Assembly: GCA_947447955.1 (NCBI GenBank) | Contig: CANFLS010000002.1 | Span: 9,072 to 73,071 of the forward strand | DNA: 64,000 nucleotides | Direction of reading: 5' to 3' | Source of the DNA: Flavobacteriales bacterium | Lineage (GTDB): Bacteria; Bacteroidota; Bacteroidia; NS11-12g; UBA955 | Shown here: positions 15,650-26,340 of the stretch, piece after piece | Position numbering within the stretch: position 1 is the first letter of the stretch | Layout of the letters: the number at the start of each line of letters is the position of its first letter | The notes under the pieces: model-generated | What the model saw: only the letters and a program-made list of their open reading frames with translations | Databases searched by the model: none | Told to the model about the DNA's origin: nothing | Position numbers and translations under genes: made by a program

Positions 15650-18460
15650 TTGAAAATGAGTCTCCATTTTGATAAACTGCACGCACGAATGTTTAAAAAA
15701 CTAGCGCTACCATTGGTTATTATGACCATTGTTTTCGGAATTAACACAGGTTGTTCTCCGACATTCAAAGAGGCAAAGACCTTATTTGATCAAGAATACT
15801 ACGGTCAAGCGGCTGTAACCTTTGAAGAAGTTTCAAAGCGTGACAAAGACAAAAAAGTAAAAGAAGAAGCAGTATTCATGGCTGCCGAAGCTTATCGCTT
15901 GAACAACGATTACGACAAGGCGAGGAAATTGTACGAGAAGGTTTTGAAAAAAGACCCTAACAATACCCAGTCATTGTTGATGCGTGCAAACATGTTGAAA
16001 AAACTTGAAATGTACCGTGAAGCCAATGATGCTTACAATAAATATTTAGAAAAAGTTCCTGGCGATACTAGCGTACAATTGAAAAAAGCAGGATGCGAAT
16101 TGGCTTTGAGATGGACACCAGATAGTTCATTATTTAAAGTTGAAGCTTTCAAACCTGCAAATTCAAAAGCGAATGACTGGGCACCAATGATTGCTGCAAA
16201 GAAAGACAATATTGTATTTTTTGCTTCAGACAGAGAAGGTGGATTTAGCAAACGTGTTTATGGTGGTACCATGCAAATGTGGTCAGACATTTGGTACGTT
16301 GAAGGTAAAGAAGAAAAAGCAGCATCTACAGGCAAGGGAAATAAGAAAACCAAAGTAAAAGTTGTTAAATGGAATAAGCCTGTTTACGCAGAAAAGAATA
16401 GCAGTAAATGGAATGAAGGTGGATTAACTTTTGACGATAAATTCTCTACCATGTACATTACCCAATGTGGTGGTGAAGATGGAAAAACTGAAAAATGTGC
16501 AATTTACAGCTACAAAAAAACCGGCGTTGATTGGAATTTAGGTGAACCATTAGAAATCTGTAAAGAAGATACTGGCCATAGTTATGGACATCCTTCTTAC
16601 GGTTTGGATGACAAAACTTTATATTTCGCTTCTGACCGTCCAGGTGGATACGGTGGATTTGATATTTGGGCAATCACTTGGAGCAAACGTTCTAAATCAT
16701 GGGGAGCACCTATTAATTTAGGTCCAGACATTAATACTGCTCAAAACGAATACTTCCCTTATTTCAATAAACACGACAAACGTTTATATTTCAGTTCAGA
16801 CGGATGGCCAACTTTAGGTGGTTTGGATATCAATGCGGCTGAATCAACCAACGACATTACCAAATGGAGAGACCGTGAGAACATGCGTGAACCATTGAAT
16901 AGCGGTGGTGACGATTTTGGTATCACTTTCTATGAAGGAAAAAGCAACAAAGGTTTCTTTACTTCAAATAGAGGTGCTAAGAAAAATGACGACGATATTT
17001 ATGCATTTGACATTGTACCTTTGGTTATTACCATTCGTGGTGTTGTTACAGATTGTAACACAAACAAACCATTGGTTGGTGCAACTGTAATGATTTCAAA
17101 CGACAAAGACACCAGCGTAATGATTTTGAAAGCAAATGAGAATGGCGAATACCAGGCTACTTTGAATCCAAAAACAAACTACGAATTATTGGCTAAATAT
17201 CCTGAAAAGTATTATTTTGAAAAACCTCCTGTAAACAGAACTACCCATGGTATTCGTTTTAGCAAAGAGTTGATTCAAGATTTCTGTATGGAAAACCCAT
17301 TGGACAAAATTTACACATTGCCTATTTTCTACGATTTAGACTCTGCAAACATTCGTCCTGATGCTGCCAAAATCCTTGATACATTTGCTGAAACAGTATT
17401 GGTGAAATATCCTCGATTGGTTGCTGAATTTGGATCACATACGGATTGTCGTGCATCAGAAGTTTACAACACCAAATTGGCTCAACGTCGTGCAGACAGT
17501 GCCAAAGTATACTTGCTTAGAAAATACAAAATTGATACAGCACGTATCCATGCCGTTGGTTATGGAGAAAAAGAGTTGATCAACGATTGTAAATGTGAAG
17601 GTGCAGAAAAAGCAGGATTTACGCCTTACCATAAAGACACAACACGCAAAATGGTTGTTGTGAAAGATGCAAAAGGAAACGTAGTAAAAAGCTATTATGA
17701 ACAATACAAACAATCTGAGTTAACCAAAATTGACGGAAAGTGGTTTGTACCTTGTGATGAATACCAACACCAACAAAACAGACGTACTACGGTTAGGTTT
17801 GAATATGGCAATGAGAAATCAAGAGCCAAAATCAACCAAGACGTTGACTTGAACAATAGTAACAAAGGTGCTGAAGCAAAACGCAAAGAAGAAGAAGCAA
17901 AAGCAAGAGAAAATGCAATTATTGCTGATGTTGATATGAGCACTGTAATTCGCGTTAGAATTAGCACCGAAGACAGTATCAGATTTGTTTCTGTAATGGT
18001 TGCAAACAAAGAAGCGAAACAATTTGCTTTTGACTTGAATGGTAAAGTAACTGCGGTTCCTGCAGAAGTTGCTGCTGAATGGTTCGAAAAAGAATTGATC
18101 AACAAGAAAGATTTCGTTGACGGTGAGAAATTTAAAGTTGGTAAAGTAAAATTACCTTCTAACAAATTTGTAGTTGAAGAAATGATGATTGGCGATTACA
18201 TCGTTAAAGGTGTTCAATTTACTATTACTGATAAAGTAAAAGTTCCTACTTTGGGTAAAGGATTCTTTGCTAAACCTTTCAAATCAGATTCAAGAATCAT
18301 AGGTGCGGAATTGGTATTGGTACCTAAGAAAGTTCAGAAAAAGAAGAAAGAAAAAGCTGAGAGCACTTCAACTGAAGATTCATCTTCTTCTAAAAAATCT
18401 AAGAAGTCTAAGAAATCAGATAAAACTGACGAAACTGCGCCAACTGAAGAAAATAAATAA
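15650..18460 (+). CDS. porE: PorE-like OmpA-family lipoprotein (TPR, WD40/TolB-like beta-propeller, carboxypeptidase-regulatory-like domain and OmpA_C) with a Lys-rich C-terminal extension
   Basis: Lipobox 'NTGCS'. TPR region 'AEAYRLNNDYDKARKLYEKVLKKDP'. TolB-like repeats 'FFASDREGG' and 'YFASDRPGGYGGFDIW'. CarbopepD_reg-like 'ITIRGVVTDCNTNKPLVGATVMISND'. OmpA_C 'FGSHTDCRASEVYNTKLAQRRADSAKVYL'. The domain order matches the T9SS component PorE. Confidence 0.6.
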   Translation: MKMSLHFDKLHARMFKKLALPLVIMTIVFGINTGCSPTFKEAKTLFDQEYYGQAAVTFEEVSKRDKDKKVKEEAVFMAAEAYRLNNDYDKARKLYEKVLKKDPNNTQSLLMRANMLKKLEMYREANDAYNKYLEKVPGDTSVQLKKAGCELALRWTPDSSLFKVEAFKPANSKANDWAPMIAAKKDNIVFFASDREGGFSKRVYGGTMQMWSDIWYVEGKEEKAASTGKGNKKTKVKVVKWNKPVYAEKNSSKWNEGGLTFDDKFSTMYITQCGGEDGKTEKCAIYSYKKTGVDWNLGEPLEICKEDTGHSYGHPSYGLDDKTLYFASDRPGGYGGFDIWAITWSKRSKSWGAPINLGPDINTAQNEYFPYFNKHDKRLYFSSDGWPTLGGLDINAAESTNDITKWRDRENMREPLNSGGDDFGITFYEGKSNKGFFTSNRGAKKNDDDIYAFDIVPLVITIRGVVTDCNTNKPLVGATVMISNDKDTSVMILKANENGEYQATLNPKTNYELLAKYPEKYYFEKPPVNRTTHGIRFSKELIQDFCMENPLDKIYTLPIFYDLDSANIRPDAAKILDTFAETVLVKYPRLVAEFGSHTDCRASEVYNTKLAQRRADSAKVYLLRKYKIDTARIHAVGYGEKELINDCKCEGAEKAGFTPYHKDTTRKMVVVKDAKGNVVKSYYEQYKQSELTKIDGKWFVPCDEYQHQQNRRTTVRFEYGNEKSRAKINQDVDLNNSNKGAEAKRKEEEAKARENAIIADVDMSTVIRVRISTEDSIRFVSVMVANKEAKQFAFDLNGKVTAVPAEVAAEWFEKELINKKDFVDGEKFKVGKVKLPSNKFVVEEMMIGDYIVKGVQFTITDKVKVPTLGKGFFAKPFKSDSRIIGAELVLVPKKVQKKKKEKAESTSTEDSSSSKKSKKSKKSDKTDETAPTEENK

Positions 18461-18480
18461 TCATATTTAATACCTAAGAA

Positions 18481-18521
18481 AACCCTTCAATGCCGAAAGC
18501 TTAGAAGGGTTTTCTTTTTTT
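18481..18521 (+). terminator. Rho-independent terminator
   Basis: Hairpin 'aacccttcaatgccgaaagcttagaagggtt' followed by a T-run. Confidence 0.55.
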
Positions 18522-18544
18522 ATAACCCTACAAAATCAAATTTT

Positions 18545-19357
18545 ATGATACCTCATATTCCAAAAATTAAACATCTCGATTCTAATAACTTTTTCCTACT
18601 TGCTGGTCCTTGTGCAATTGAAGGCCGTGACATGGCATTTAAAATTGCAGAACAATTGGTTACAACTTGCGACAAGTTACAAATCCCATTGGTTTTCAAA
18701 GGATCTTATAGAAAGGCAAACCGTTCTAGAATTGATTCTTTTACCGGAATTGGAGATGAATTGGCACTATCTATCTTACAAGAGGTAGGTGCACATTTTA
18801 ATATTCCAACAGTAACAGACATTCACGAATCGCACGAAGCTGCAATGGCGGCACAAGCAGTTGATGTATTACAAATTCCTGCCTTTCTTTTTAGACAAAC
18901 CGAATTATTGGTGGCAGCAGCAAAAACAGGCAAGTGGGTAAATATTAAAAAAGGACAATTTGCGGGATCAGACGCCATGCAACATGCCTACCAAAAATGC
19001 GTTGACAGTGGAAACGACAGGGTAATTTTAACCGACAGAGGTAATTCTTTCGGCTATACCGATTTGGTAGTTGACTTTAGAAACATCCCTCAAATGCAAC
19101 GAATTGGAGCGCCAGTTGTAATGGACATTACACATAGCCTTCAACAGCCCAACCAAAGCAGTGGGGTAACAGGTGGCAAACCAGAATTGATTGAAACAAT
19201 TGCCAAAGCAGCCATTGCCGTTGGTACCGATGGTTTGTTTATGGAAACACATCCAGATCCATCAACAGCCAAAAGTGATGGAGCCAACATGATACCATTA
19301 CACAAGGTTGAAGATTTATTACAAAAGTTAGTACGTATTCGTCAAGCAATTATTTGA
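18545..19357 (+). CDS. kdsA: 3-deoxy-8-phosphooctulonate (KDO-8-P) synthase
   Basis: Strong resemblance to KdsA: 'LAGPCAIE', 'KGSYRKANRSRIDSFTGIG', 'LQIPAFLFRQTELLVAAAKTGKWVNIKKGQF', 'DITHSLQ'. Confidence 0.9.
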   Translation: MIPHIPKIKHLDSNNFFLLAGPCAIEGRDMAFKIAEQLVTTCDKLQIPLVFKGSYRKANRSRIDSFTGIGDELALSILQEVGAHFNIPTVTDIHESHEAAMAAQAVDVLQIPAFLFRQTELLVAAAKTGKWVNIKKGQFAGSDAMQHAYQKCVDSGNDRVILTDRGNSFGYTDLVVDFRNIPQMQRIGAPVVMDITHSLQQPNQSSGVTGGKPELIETIAKAAIAVGTDGLFMETHPDPSTAKSDGANMIPLHKVEDLLQKLVRIRQAII

Positions 19358-19369
19358 TTGACATCTTAT

Positions 19370-19408
19370 AAAACGAAAAAGGGCGCTAAAAGCGCCCTTT
19401 TTCGTTTT
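19370..19408. terminator. Bidirectional rho-independent terminator between kdsA and htrA
   Basis: Perfect 18-bp inverted repeat 'aaaacgaaaaagggcgct/agcgccctttttcgtttt' lying between the convergent kdsA (+) and htrA (-) genes. Confidence 0.7.
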
Positions 19409-19421
19409 AATCATTGATTAC

Positions 19422-20867
19422 TTAATATCTATAAAAGCTATAGCTTCTGTTACTTCCATTGGGGTCTTTCCCCTCAATTTCTAATCTACCATTAGATCCT
19501 TCCATGGCCGCAATTAAATCAACTGCCTCTGTATACGTTTTGCCATTGAATTTCATTACAATAAATCCATTTGGCAATCCCATCTGCGCAACAAATAAGT
19601 TATTCTTAATGTTGATGATTCTTATACCTGATGCAATTTTGTATTTCTCACAATCTGATTTGGTTAAAGGTTGAAAATCAGCACCCAGATATTTGCTATT
19701 TACAGCGCCTTTCATTACCAAAGCTTGATTCTCTTTCTTGTCTACCAAGTTAATGGTAAATTCCATTTCCTTCCCAGCCCTTAGAACATGCACCTTGATA
19801 GCATTTCCTGGACGTTGGTATGCCATGAATTCATCGTAAGACGAACGGCCATTGATATTTGTATTTCCAATTTTAACAATGATATCATTTGCTTTTAAAC
19901 CTGCTTTTGATGCAGGTCCATCGGCTAAAACATCTTTCACTTTCACAGGCTCAAGTTTCAATCCCAAAGTTTCAATTTCATTTGAACTGGCTTCGCCAAT
20001 TTCCATTCCAGAAAACGCCCTTTGCACTTCTCCTTTTTCAATGAAATCTTTTACGATTTTCTGAACAATGTTACTAGGAATGGCAAACCCATAACCGGTA
20101 TAACTTCCCGTATTGCTTTGGATGGCTGTATTTATTCCAACCAATTGTCCCTTCAAATCAACCAAAGCCCCACCACTGTTTCCAGGATTGATGGCGGCAT
20201 CGGTTTGAATAAAGCTCTCAATGGGAAACTGATTTTTTACAATATTGATATTTCTGCCTTTGGCACTCACAATACCCGCTGTAACGGTACTATTTAAGTT
20301 AAATGGATTTCCTACTGCAAGCACCCATTCTCCCACTTTCACATCATCGGAATTGGCAAAAACTACTGCGGGCAAATTCTTCTCCTCAATTTTTATCAAA
20401 GCCAAATCTGAACCTGGATCGGTTCCAACCACCTTGGCTACATATTCTTTTTTGCTGTTATTCAATACTACCGTAATTTTATCTCCACCTTGAACAACAT
20501 GGTTGTTGGTTACAATATATCCATCGCTGTTTACGATAACACCACTTCCCGTTGAGGTAGCTTGTCCCCTACTGCCAAATGGGTCAAAATCCCAAAAACC
20601 GAAAGGACTTTCATATTGAACGGTGCTGAGGGTTTTGATAAAAACAACGGTGGGGGTAGAAATGGCACTTGCCTCTTCAAACCCGGCTAAATTCATACCA
20701 TTCGACGCCATCTTAACAGGAATATCATCTCCGGCAACCCTTAAAAATGCAATACCCGAATTGTTTGCTTTGTTAAATATCCAAGACCCAACGAATCCAG
20801 ACGCAACCGACAATAAAACAACCGTAATCCACGAAACATTCTTTTTCATAACATTTAAATATAGCAA
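19422..20867 (-). CDS. DegP/HtrA (Do-family) periplasmic serine endopeptidase with PDZ domains. The start may be the internal Met at 20849.
   Basis: Trypsin-like catalytic motifs 'TNNHVV', 'DLALIK' and 'GNSGGALVDLKGQLVGINTAI', followed by PDZ-like regions. Confidence 0.85.
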   Translation of the reverse strand: MLYLNVMKKNVSWITVVLLSVASGFVGSWIFNKANNSGIAFLRVAGDDIPVKMASNGMNLAGFEEASAISTPTVVFIKTLSTVQYESPFGFWDFDPFGSRGQATSTGSGVIVNSDGYIVTNNHVVQGGDKITVVLNNSKKEYVAKVVGTDPGSDLALIKIEEKNLPAVVFANSDDVKVGEWVLAVGNPFNLNSTVTAGIVSAKGRNINIVKNQFPIESFIQTDAAINPGNSGGALVDLKGQLVGINTAIQSNTGSYTGYGFAIPSNIVQKIVKDFIEKGEVQRAFSGMEIGEASSNEIETLGLKLEPVKVKDVLADGPASKAGLKANDIIVKIGNTNINGRSSYDEFMAYQRPGNAIKVHVLRAGKEMEFTINLVDKKENQALVMKGAVNSKYLGADFQPLTKSDCEKYKIASGIRIINIKNNLFVAQMGLPNGFIVMKFNGKTYTEAVDLIAAMEGSNGRLEIEGKDPNGSNRSYSFYRY

Positions 20868-20922
20868 ATTTTAAGCAAAAATACAATGAGAAACGACAAG
20901 AATCAATTGGAAATCGATGGAG

Positions 20923-21963
20923 TTAATTTGCAGTTCGATTTAACAATAAATACTCATTGATGCGATTTTCAACATTCAATCGAATATCCATATAATAGAA
21001 ATTCAAATCGGCAATGTGATAATTGGGATTCCTATAAAAAACACTCCCTCTAAAGCGGGGTTTGTTCACCCATAAAATTCCTCCATGAACTTGGGCGTCG
21101 CATCGATTCGGCAAAACTTTGTGCGCAGGCAAAAGCACCGTTCCTTTGCTTAGTTCCTTAGGAACATAGTTTTCGTTATACTCCCAAGTAATGGGATTGA
21201 TACAAATTGCCTTTTCGGCGGTTACCCATGGATTATCAGGAACGAAGCCGTGTTCGTAGCTCCTCCAACTCACCCAACATTGGGTTTGATTGGCGTTGTG
21301 ACAAAAGTCAATTGCCGGCAATGAATCTGTTGGAACTGGCATTCCAATGATATACGCCACAACCAATTTCTTCTTTAAGGTATCACTAAAAAATTCCTTC
21401 AATAACCTCGCGGCATGAATGGTTCCTTGGCTGTGAGATGCAATCACAATTGGACGGTTGTGGTTGTAATTTTTCAAATAATACAAAAATGCATTTCTAA
21501 TATCTTGATAGGCATAATCGAGTGCTTTCCATTTATCGCTCAAATCCTTGGTTCTAAAACAGTACATATGCGCTTGACGGTATCGAGGAGCATACACCTT
21601 ACAACTTCCATTAAAAATGGAAGCTTGAAACTTTACGGGCGATTTGTCTACGCTTTCATTTTCCTCTTGGTCATTCACATCGGCATTCCATTGATAAGGT
21701 CCTATGGCTTGCTTTTGAAAAGTTGTAGGATGAATGTAAAACAAATCCGCTTTTGCAGATGATTGATTGTCTTTTAGTTCTTGAGGGACAAAATCAGCTT
21801 GGTCCCTTTTTGTAGGCAATGCCGACCAATTTTGCACTAAGGAATAATCGGTTAAGGGAGGTTTGACGCAGGAATCAAAGGCAACGGGTATTTTATATAC
21901 TTTTTGCGCAGATACCGTTTGTAAAACAAACAACAAAGCAAGTTGCAACGTGAACTTTTTCAT
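20923..21963 (-). CDS. Secreted alpha/beta-hydrolase (DUF3089-like lipase/esterase fold)
   Basis: Signal peptide 'MKKFTLQLALLFVLQTVSAQ'. Nucleophile-elbow motif 'ASHSQGT' (G-x-S-x-G variant). Confidence 0.5.
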   Translation of the reverse strand: MKKFTLQLALLFVLQTVSAQKVYKIPVAFDSCVKPPLTDYSLVQNWSALPTKRDQADFVPQELKDNQSSAKADLFYIHPTTFQKQAIGPYQWNADVNDQEENESVDKSPVKFQASIFNGSCKVYAPRYRQAHMYCFRTKDLSDKWKALDYAYQDIRNAFLYYLKNYNHNRPIVIASHSQGTIHAARLLKEFFSDTLKKKLVVAYIIGMPVPTDSLPAIDFCHNANQTQCWVSWRSYEHGFVPDNPWVTAEKAICINPITWEYNENYVPKELSKGTVLLPAHKVLPNRCDAQVHGGILWVNKPRFRGSVFYRNPNYHIADLNFYYMDIRLNVENRINEYLLLNRTAN

Positions 21964-22032
21964 AGGATTGATAATATAACCAAAAGAGGCGCAAAATGTT
22001 GCGCCTCTTTTGAAATTTTGTTTGTTATTTTT

Positions 22033-22446
22033 TTAATGCATTCCTGGCATCAATGGACGATACCAAGGAATTCCGGCCAAAATTAAAATTAACGCCACAA
22101 GGTAAAACCATTTTGCATTGTCTTTTCCTTTTTTCACTGAAACTCCAGCAACTGTAATCAAGGCAATAGAAATAATCATCATCAAAGGATGTTCAACCGC
22201 CATTTTGCGCTGCATTGCATCTTTCATTACAGCACCCATTCCACCGGCAGCTTGAATCAATTTCAATCCCCAAGCACCTGCATACCATTGAACCAAACCC
22301 AATAGCAACATTACATGAGAAGTAATGGTTAAAATCCTGGTTTCCTTGCCATTCTTTTTAGAAAAACTATTGATCAAAGACCAAATTAACAACACCAATA
22401 TTACCCAACGGAGTAAATTGTGTAAATGTACAAATCCTGTCATCAT
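22033..22446 (-). CDS. Hypothetical multi-pass membrane protein
   Basis: 137 aa with four predicted hydrophobic helices. Confidence 0.4.
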   Translation of the reverse strand: MMTGFVHLHNLLRWVILVLLIWSLINSFSKKNGKETRILTITSHVMLLLGLVQWYAGAWGLKLIQAAGGMGAVMKDAMQRKMAVEHPLMMIISIALITVAGVSVKKGKDNAKWFYLVALILILAGIPWYRPLMPGMH

Positions 22447-22659
22447 ATTCTATTTGTTTATGTTTGTTTGCAAGCAAATATAATGGAAAAGCAATTGCCT
22501 ATTTCCACAAAAAAATGAAAATTAAACATGTGTATCTAAAAAATTACGCCGAGAATAAAATCATGACTTAAACATCAGAAAATCATGAAATAATCTTGTT
22601 GAATTTAGCATTGCGAAGGAATTAGAATTTTACTACCTTCGTGATAGAAAAATCTATCT

Positions 22660-25470
22660 ATGAAAAAGTGGTTAAAGCGCATTGGCATTGGTATTGCCGT
22701 AATTTTTTTGATTTTATTCATCCTTCCATTTGCATTTAAAGGAAAAATTTTAAAAATGGCCCAAGAAAGTGCTAGCACTTCTGTTAATGCCAAAATATCC
22801 TTCGATGACGATTTGAGTTTGAGTCTCATTCGCAATTTTCCAAATTTATCGGTTGGGGTAAACAATTTAAAAGTTATTGGTATCGACTCATTCAAACACG
22901 ATACCTTGTTCTCGGCTCCAGAAATCCGATTAACCATTGATATCTCTTCATTGATTGGGGGAAATAAACCTATCAATATTCGCAGAATATATTTAAATCA
23001 ACCACGCCTCAATGTGGTTGTACTTAAAAGCGGAAAAGCCAATTACGACATTGCTAAACCTGATACATCAACCGTGGTTGACACGTCTACAAGTGCTCCT
23101 TTGTCGTTGAAATTGAAAAATGTTGAAATTGAAAATGGCTATATTGCCTATAACGACCATAGCATGGATTTTGATATGGTTGCCGGTGGTGCAAACTTGA
23201 ACCTAAAAGGCGACTTTGCCGATAACATCTTTGTAATGAGTACCGAACTTGGTTCAAGCAACTTGAATATGAGTTTTGGTGGCATGACCCTGGTTTCTAA
23301 ATCTAATCTCGATGTGAAAACCAACGTAGATGTGGATTTAAACAAAATGCGCTTTGCCATCAAAGACATTGCCGTAAAAATGAATGAACTTCCTTTGGAT
23401 GCCAAAGGTTGGTTGCAAATGAACGAGAATAACATGGATATGGATTTTGCAATTGAAGCACCAACGTCTGAATTCAAATCATTCCTTTCTGTAGTTCCAG
23501 GTTGCTATACCAAAGACTTTTCTCAAGTGAAAACTTCTGGTAAACTTGGTTTGAAATTTGGAATTAAAGGTATTATGGACAGTTTGAGAATGCCAGCAAC
23601 CCTTGCCGAATTGAAAGTAGATAATGCATCGTTTCAATATCCAGGATTGCCAGCAAGTGTTTCTGGTATCAATGTAGATTTCAAATTCGACAATCCCGAT
23701 GGAACTCCAGACAAAAGCATTGTTGACCTTAAGAAATTCCAAGCCAACTTAGGTGGAGAACCTTTGGATGCACAACTATATTTGTCGAACCCTATTTCAA
23801 ATGCCTATGCAAAAGGGTACTTAAAAACTGCATTGCATTTAGAAAAATGGTTGAATTTAATGCCATTGGAGAAAAATACTGCGCTCAAAGGTGAAATCTT
23901 GGCAGACATGAATTTTGATGGACATTATTCAGAAATTGCCCCTGGCAAACTGCAAGATTTAAAGGCAGAGGGACATATAGCCATCAACGGTTTGCAATAC
24001 AATGCGCCTTCTACCCTTCCTTTGTCTATCAATAATTTGAAACTTAATTTAAGTCCTAAACAGTTTGATTTACCTTCTGTTGATTTGACCTATGGGAAAT
24101 CAACCATTTCTGCCAACGGACAAATTACCAATATGTTGGGTTACTTGTTCAATGAAGAAACTTTACATGGAAACTTGAATTTAACGAGCAACGGATTAGA
24201 CCTGAACGAATGGATGAACTCATTGCCAAAATCAACCGAAGAAACTGCCAAAGTAGATACTTCAGCGCCAATGGCGGCACCGATTATTCCAGCTAATATT
24301 GACTTCCAACTTACAGCAAATGCAGCAAGCATGCAATTCCAAGATTACAACCTTACAAATTGTATAGCGAAATTAATTGTTGCGAATGGGGTTGTTAGCA
24401 TTGATCCTATCAAAGCAAGTTTATGGGGAAGTACCTTCGAAATGAACCGAACATCTTATTCTCATATAAAAGGTGGCGATCCAATTGTAAATAGCAGTGT
24501 TGCATTGTCGAATTTAAATCCCTCAAAACTCAATGAAAAAATAGCGTTGGTAAACAAATATGCACCGGCGTTGAAAGACATTGAAGGATTGGCAAACTTG
24601 AATATGAATTTAAAAACCAACTTAACCCAAGAAATGGGCGTTGACATGAATTCTGTTTTTGCCGATGGAAATTTAGATGTTTTGAAAGGTTTAATTAACA
24701 TGCCGAATTGGTTAAGTGAAGCAGGTAAATTCTTCAAATGGGACGCTAAAAAACTTGAATTACAACCTACCAAAGTGGGATTCACCATTGAAAATGGCGA
24801 ATTAAAATTGAAAGATTCTATCCGCATGAAATTGCCTAAAGGTGGCAAAATGAGTTTGATAGGTAGGGTAAAATTGGATCAAACCATTGATTTTGGGGGA
24901 CGTATTATTGCCGAAGGAAAATCTTTGCCCTTAAAAATTACAGGAACAGTTCAAAGTCCTAAATTGGTGATCGATTGGAAAGGTTTTGGAAAAGACTTGG
25001 CACAAACATACTTGGATAAAGGCAAGGAAGAAATCAAAAACAAAGCCATGAAAGCAGCCGATGATATTTTGAACAAAGCCAGAGCTGAGGCCGACAATTT
25101 GAAGCAAACTGCCCGCGAAAAGGCTGAACAACTCCGTCAAGAAGCTCACAAATTGGCCGATAAAGAAAGATCAGAAGGCGATAGGCTTGCAACAGAAGCT
25201 TTGAAAAAAGCAAACGATGAAGCGGATAAATTGATGGGTAGAGCATCTAACCCAATCGAAAAATTTGCTGCTGAAAAAGCGGTGAAAATTTTGAAGAAGG
25301 AAGCAGAAAAGAAAGCCAACCAGTTCAAACTTGCCGCAGGAAATAACGCCAGTAAAATTGAAACAGAAGCCAATAAAAAAGCGGATGCTTTGGTGGCCGA
25401 GGCCGACAATAAATCTGCCGAGATTATAAAAAATGCAGAAGAGCAAAGAAATAGAATCAACGAGAAATAA
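22660..25470 (+). CDS. AsmA-family outer-membrane-assembly protein with a C-terminal coiled-coil tail
   Basis: N-terminal TM anchor 'IGIGIAVIFLILFILPFAF', a long repetitive beta-rich body, and a C-terminal Ala/Lys/Glu-rich coiled coil ('KAADDILNKARAEADNLKQTAREKAEQLRQEAHKLADKER...'). Confidence 0.55.
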   Translation: MKKWLKRIGIGIAVIFLILFILPFAFKGKILKMAQESASTSVNAKISFDDDLSLSLIRNFPNLSVGVNNLKVIGIDSFKHDTLFSAPEIRLTIDISSLIGGNKPINIRRIYLNQPRLNVVVLKSGKANYDIAKPDTSTVVDTSTSAPLSLKLKNVEIENGYIAYNDHSMDFDMVAGGANLNLKGDFADNIFVMSTELGSSNLNMSFGGMTLVSKSNLDVKTNVDVDLNKMRFAIKDIAVKMNELPLDAKGWLQMNENNMDMDFAIEAPTSEFKSFLSVVPGCYTKDFSQVKTSGKLGLKFGIKGIMDSLRMPATLAELKVDNASFQYPGLPASVSGINVDFKFDNPDGTPDKSIVDLKKFQANLGGEPLDAQLYLSNPISNAYAKGYLKTALHLEKWLNLMPLEKNTALKGEILADMNFDGHYSEIAPGKLQDLKAEGHIAINGLQYNAPSTLPLSINNLKLNLSPKQFDLPSVDLTYGKSTISANGQITNMLGYLFNEETLHGNLNLTSNGLDLNEWMNSLPKSTEETAKVDTSAPMAAPIIPANIDFQLTANAASMQFQDYNLTNCIAKLIVANGVVSIDPIKASLWGSTFEMNRTSYSHIKGGDPIVNSSVALSNLNPSKLNEKIALVNKYAPALKDIEGLANLNMNLKTNLTQEMGVDMNSVFADGNLDVLKGLINMPNWLSEAGKFFKWDAKKLELQPTKVGFTIENGELKLKDSIRMKLPKGGKMSLIGRVKLDQTIDFGGRIIAEGKSLPLKITGTVQSPKLVIDWKGFGKDLAQTYLDKGKEEIKNKAMKAADDILNKARAEADNLKQTAREKAEQLRQEAHKLADKERSEGDRLATEALKKANDEADKLMGRASNPIEKFAAEKAVKILKKEAEKKANQFKLAAGNNASKIETEANKKADALVAEADNKSAEIIKNAEEQRNRINEK

Positions 25471-25487
25471 TTAAGTAGGTTGATACT

Positions 25488-26339
25488 ATGAAACTCAATT
25501 CCTTTCTTTTTCTGTTTTCTTATTTTATTTTCAATATTGGGATTTCTCAAGAAAACTATTTACCAATACCCAATACCCTTGAACCTTGCAGCGATTCAAA
25601 AAGAACAATTGTTTGCGGCAACACAGGACAAAAAATCTATTTGGCACCTAGTTATTCATTAAGGGAATTTACCTTCATCGAATACATAGAAGGTCCATCA
25701 AATGGCATTATTGAAGTGGTAGAAAATCTATTGTTAAAAGATACTTTTACCATTTGGATCAATGATGCACAACTGAAATTACAAAATAAAGAACCCTTTG
25801 TGAAAGGGAGAAAACTGAAAGCGGTTTGCACCTTTATACAAGATTACGACACCATCATTGCAGGTGGTAGGGGAAGTTTATCGGGGTGGTACGCTTTAGA
25901 AATTGTAAATGTCAATAAAAAATTTACCGCACCCGAAATTATATCTGCTCCGGCATTTGAAAAGTTTGTGAAATCATTTCAAAGTGCAGGATCAAATTGC
26001 GACAAAAATATTTTTGGAGTTTTTTGCGATTCCGCCACCCAAGATACCCTGTGTATTTTTCCCTCAAAAATCAGAAATGAAATTAAAGGCAAATACATTT
26101 TGAAAAATTCACTTGAAAGATCTGATTTAGAGGTACAAGTACTTTACAACAACTATTTGGGCATATTGCGAATCAAATTGCCTTATCCTTCAGAATCAAG
26201 TTTTATTTACTACCATCCAAACTGTTGGGTGCTGCCTGGTGAAGTGGGTACAAAAGCCTATTTTCAAGAAGGAAGTACCATTGAAGGTGAAATTTTTCCG
26301 GCTAGACCGCCAAAATTCTTTAAACGCATCTCTAAATAA
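25488..26339 (+). CDS. Hypothetical secreted protein
   Basis: Signal peptide 'MKLNSFLFLFSYFIFNIGISQ'. Confidence 0.4.
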   Translation: MKLNSFLFLFSYFIFNIGISQENYLPIPNTLEPCSDSKRTIVCGNTGQKIYLAPSYSLREFTFIEYIEGPSNGIIEVVENLLLKDTFTIWINDAQLKLQNKEPFVKGRKLKAVCTFIQDYDTIIAGGRGSLSGWYALEIVNVNKKFTAPEIISAPAFEKFVKSFQSAGSNCDKNIFGVFCDSATQDTLCIFPSKIRNEIKGKYILKNSLERSDLEVQVLYNNYLGILRIKLPYPSESSFIYYHPNCWVLPGEVGTKAYFQEGSTIEGEIFPARPPKFFKRISK

Positions 26340-26340
26340 C

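Noticed and set aside
17456-18165. Antisense ORFs 17456..17713, 17695..18165 and 17819..18022 inside the PorE-like gene
   Set aside because: They are low-complexity (Phe/Cys/Ser-rich) translations of the antisense strand of a Lys/Glu-rich coding region. They are entirely nested within a well-supported gene.
23148-25550. Multiple minus-strand ORFs (60-134 aa) nested in the AsmA gene
   Set aside because: They lie antisense to a well-supported long CDS and are compositionally biased. They are shadow ORFs.
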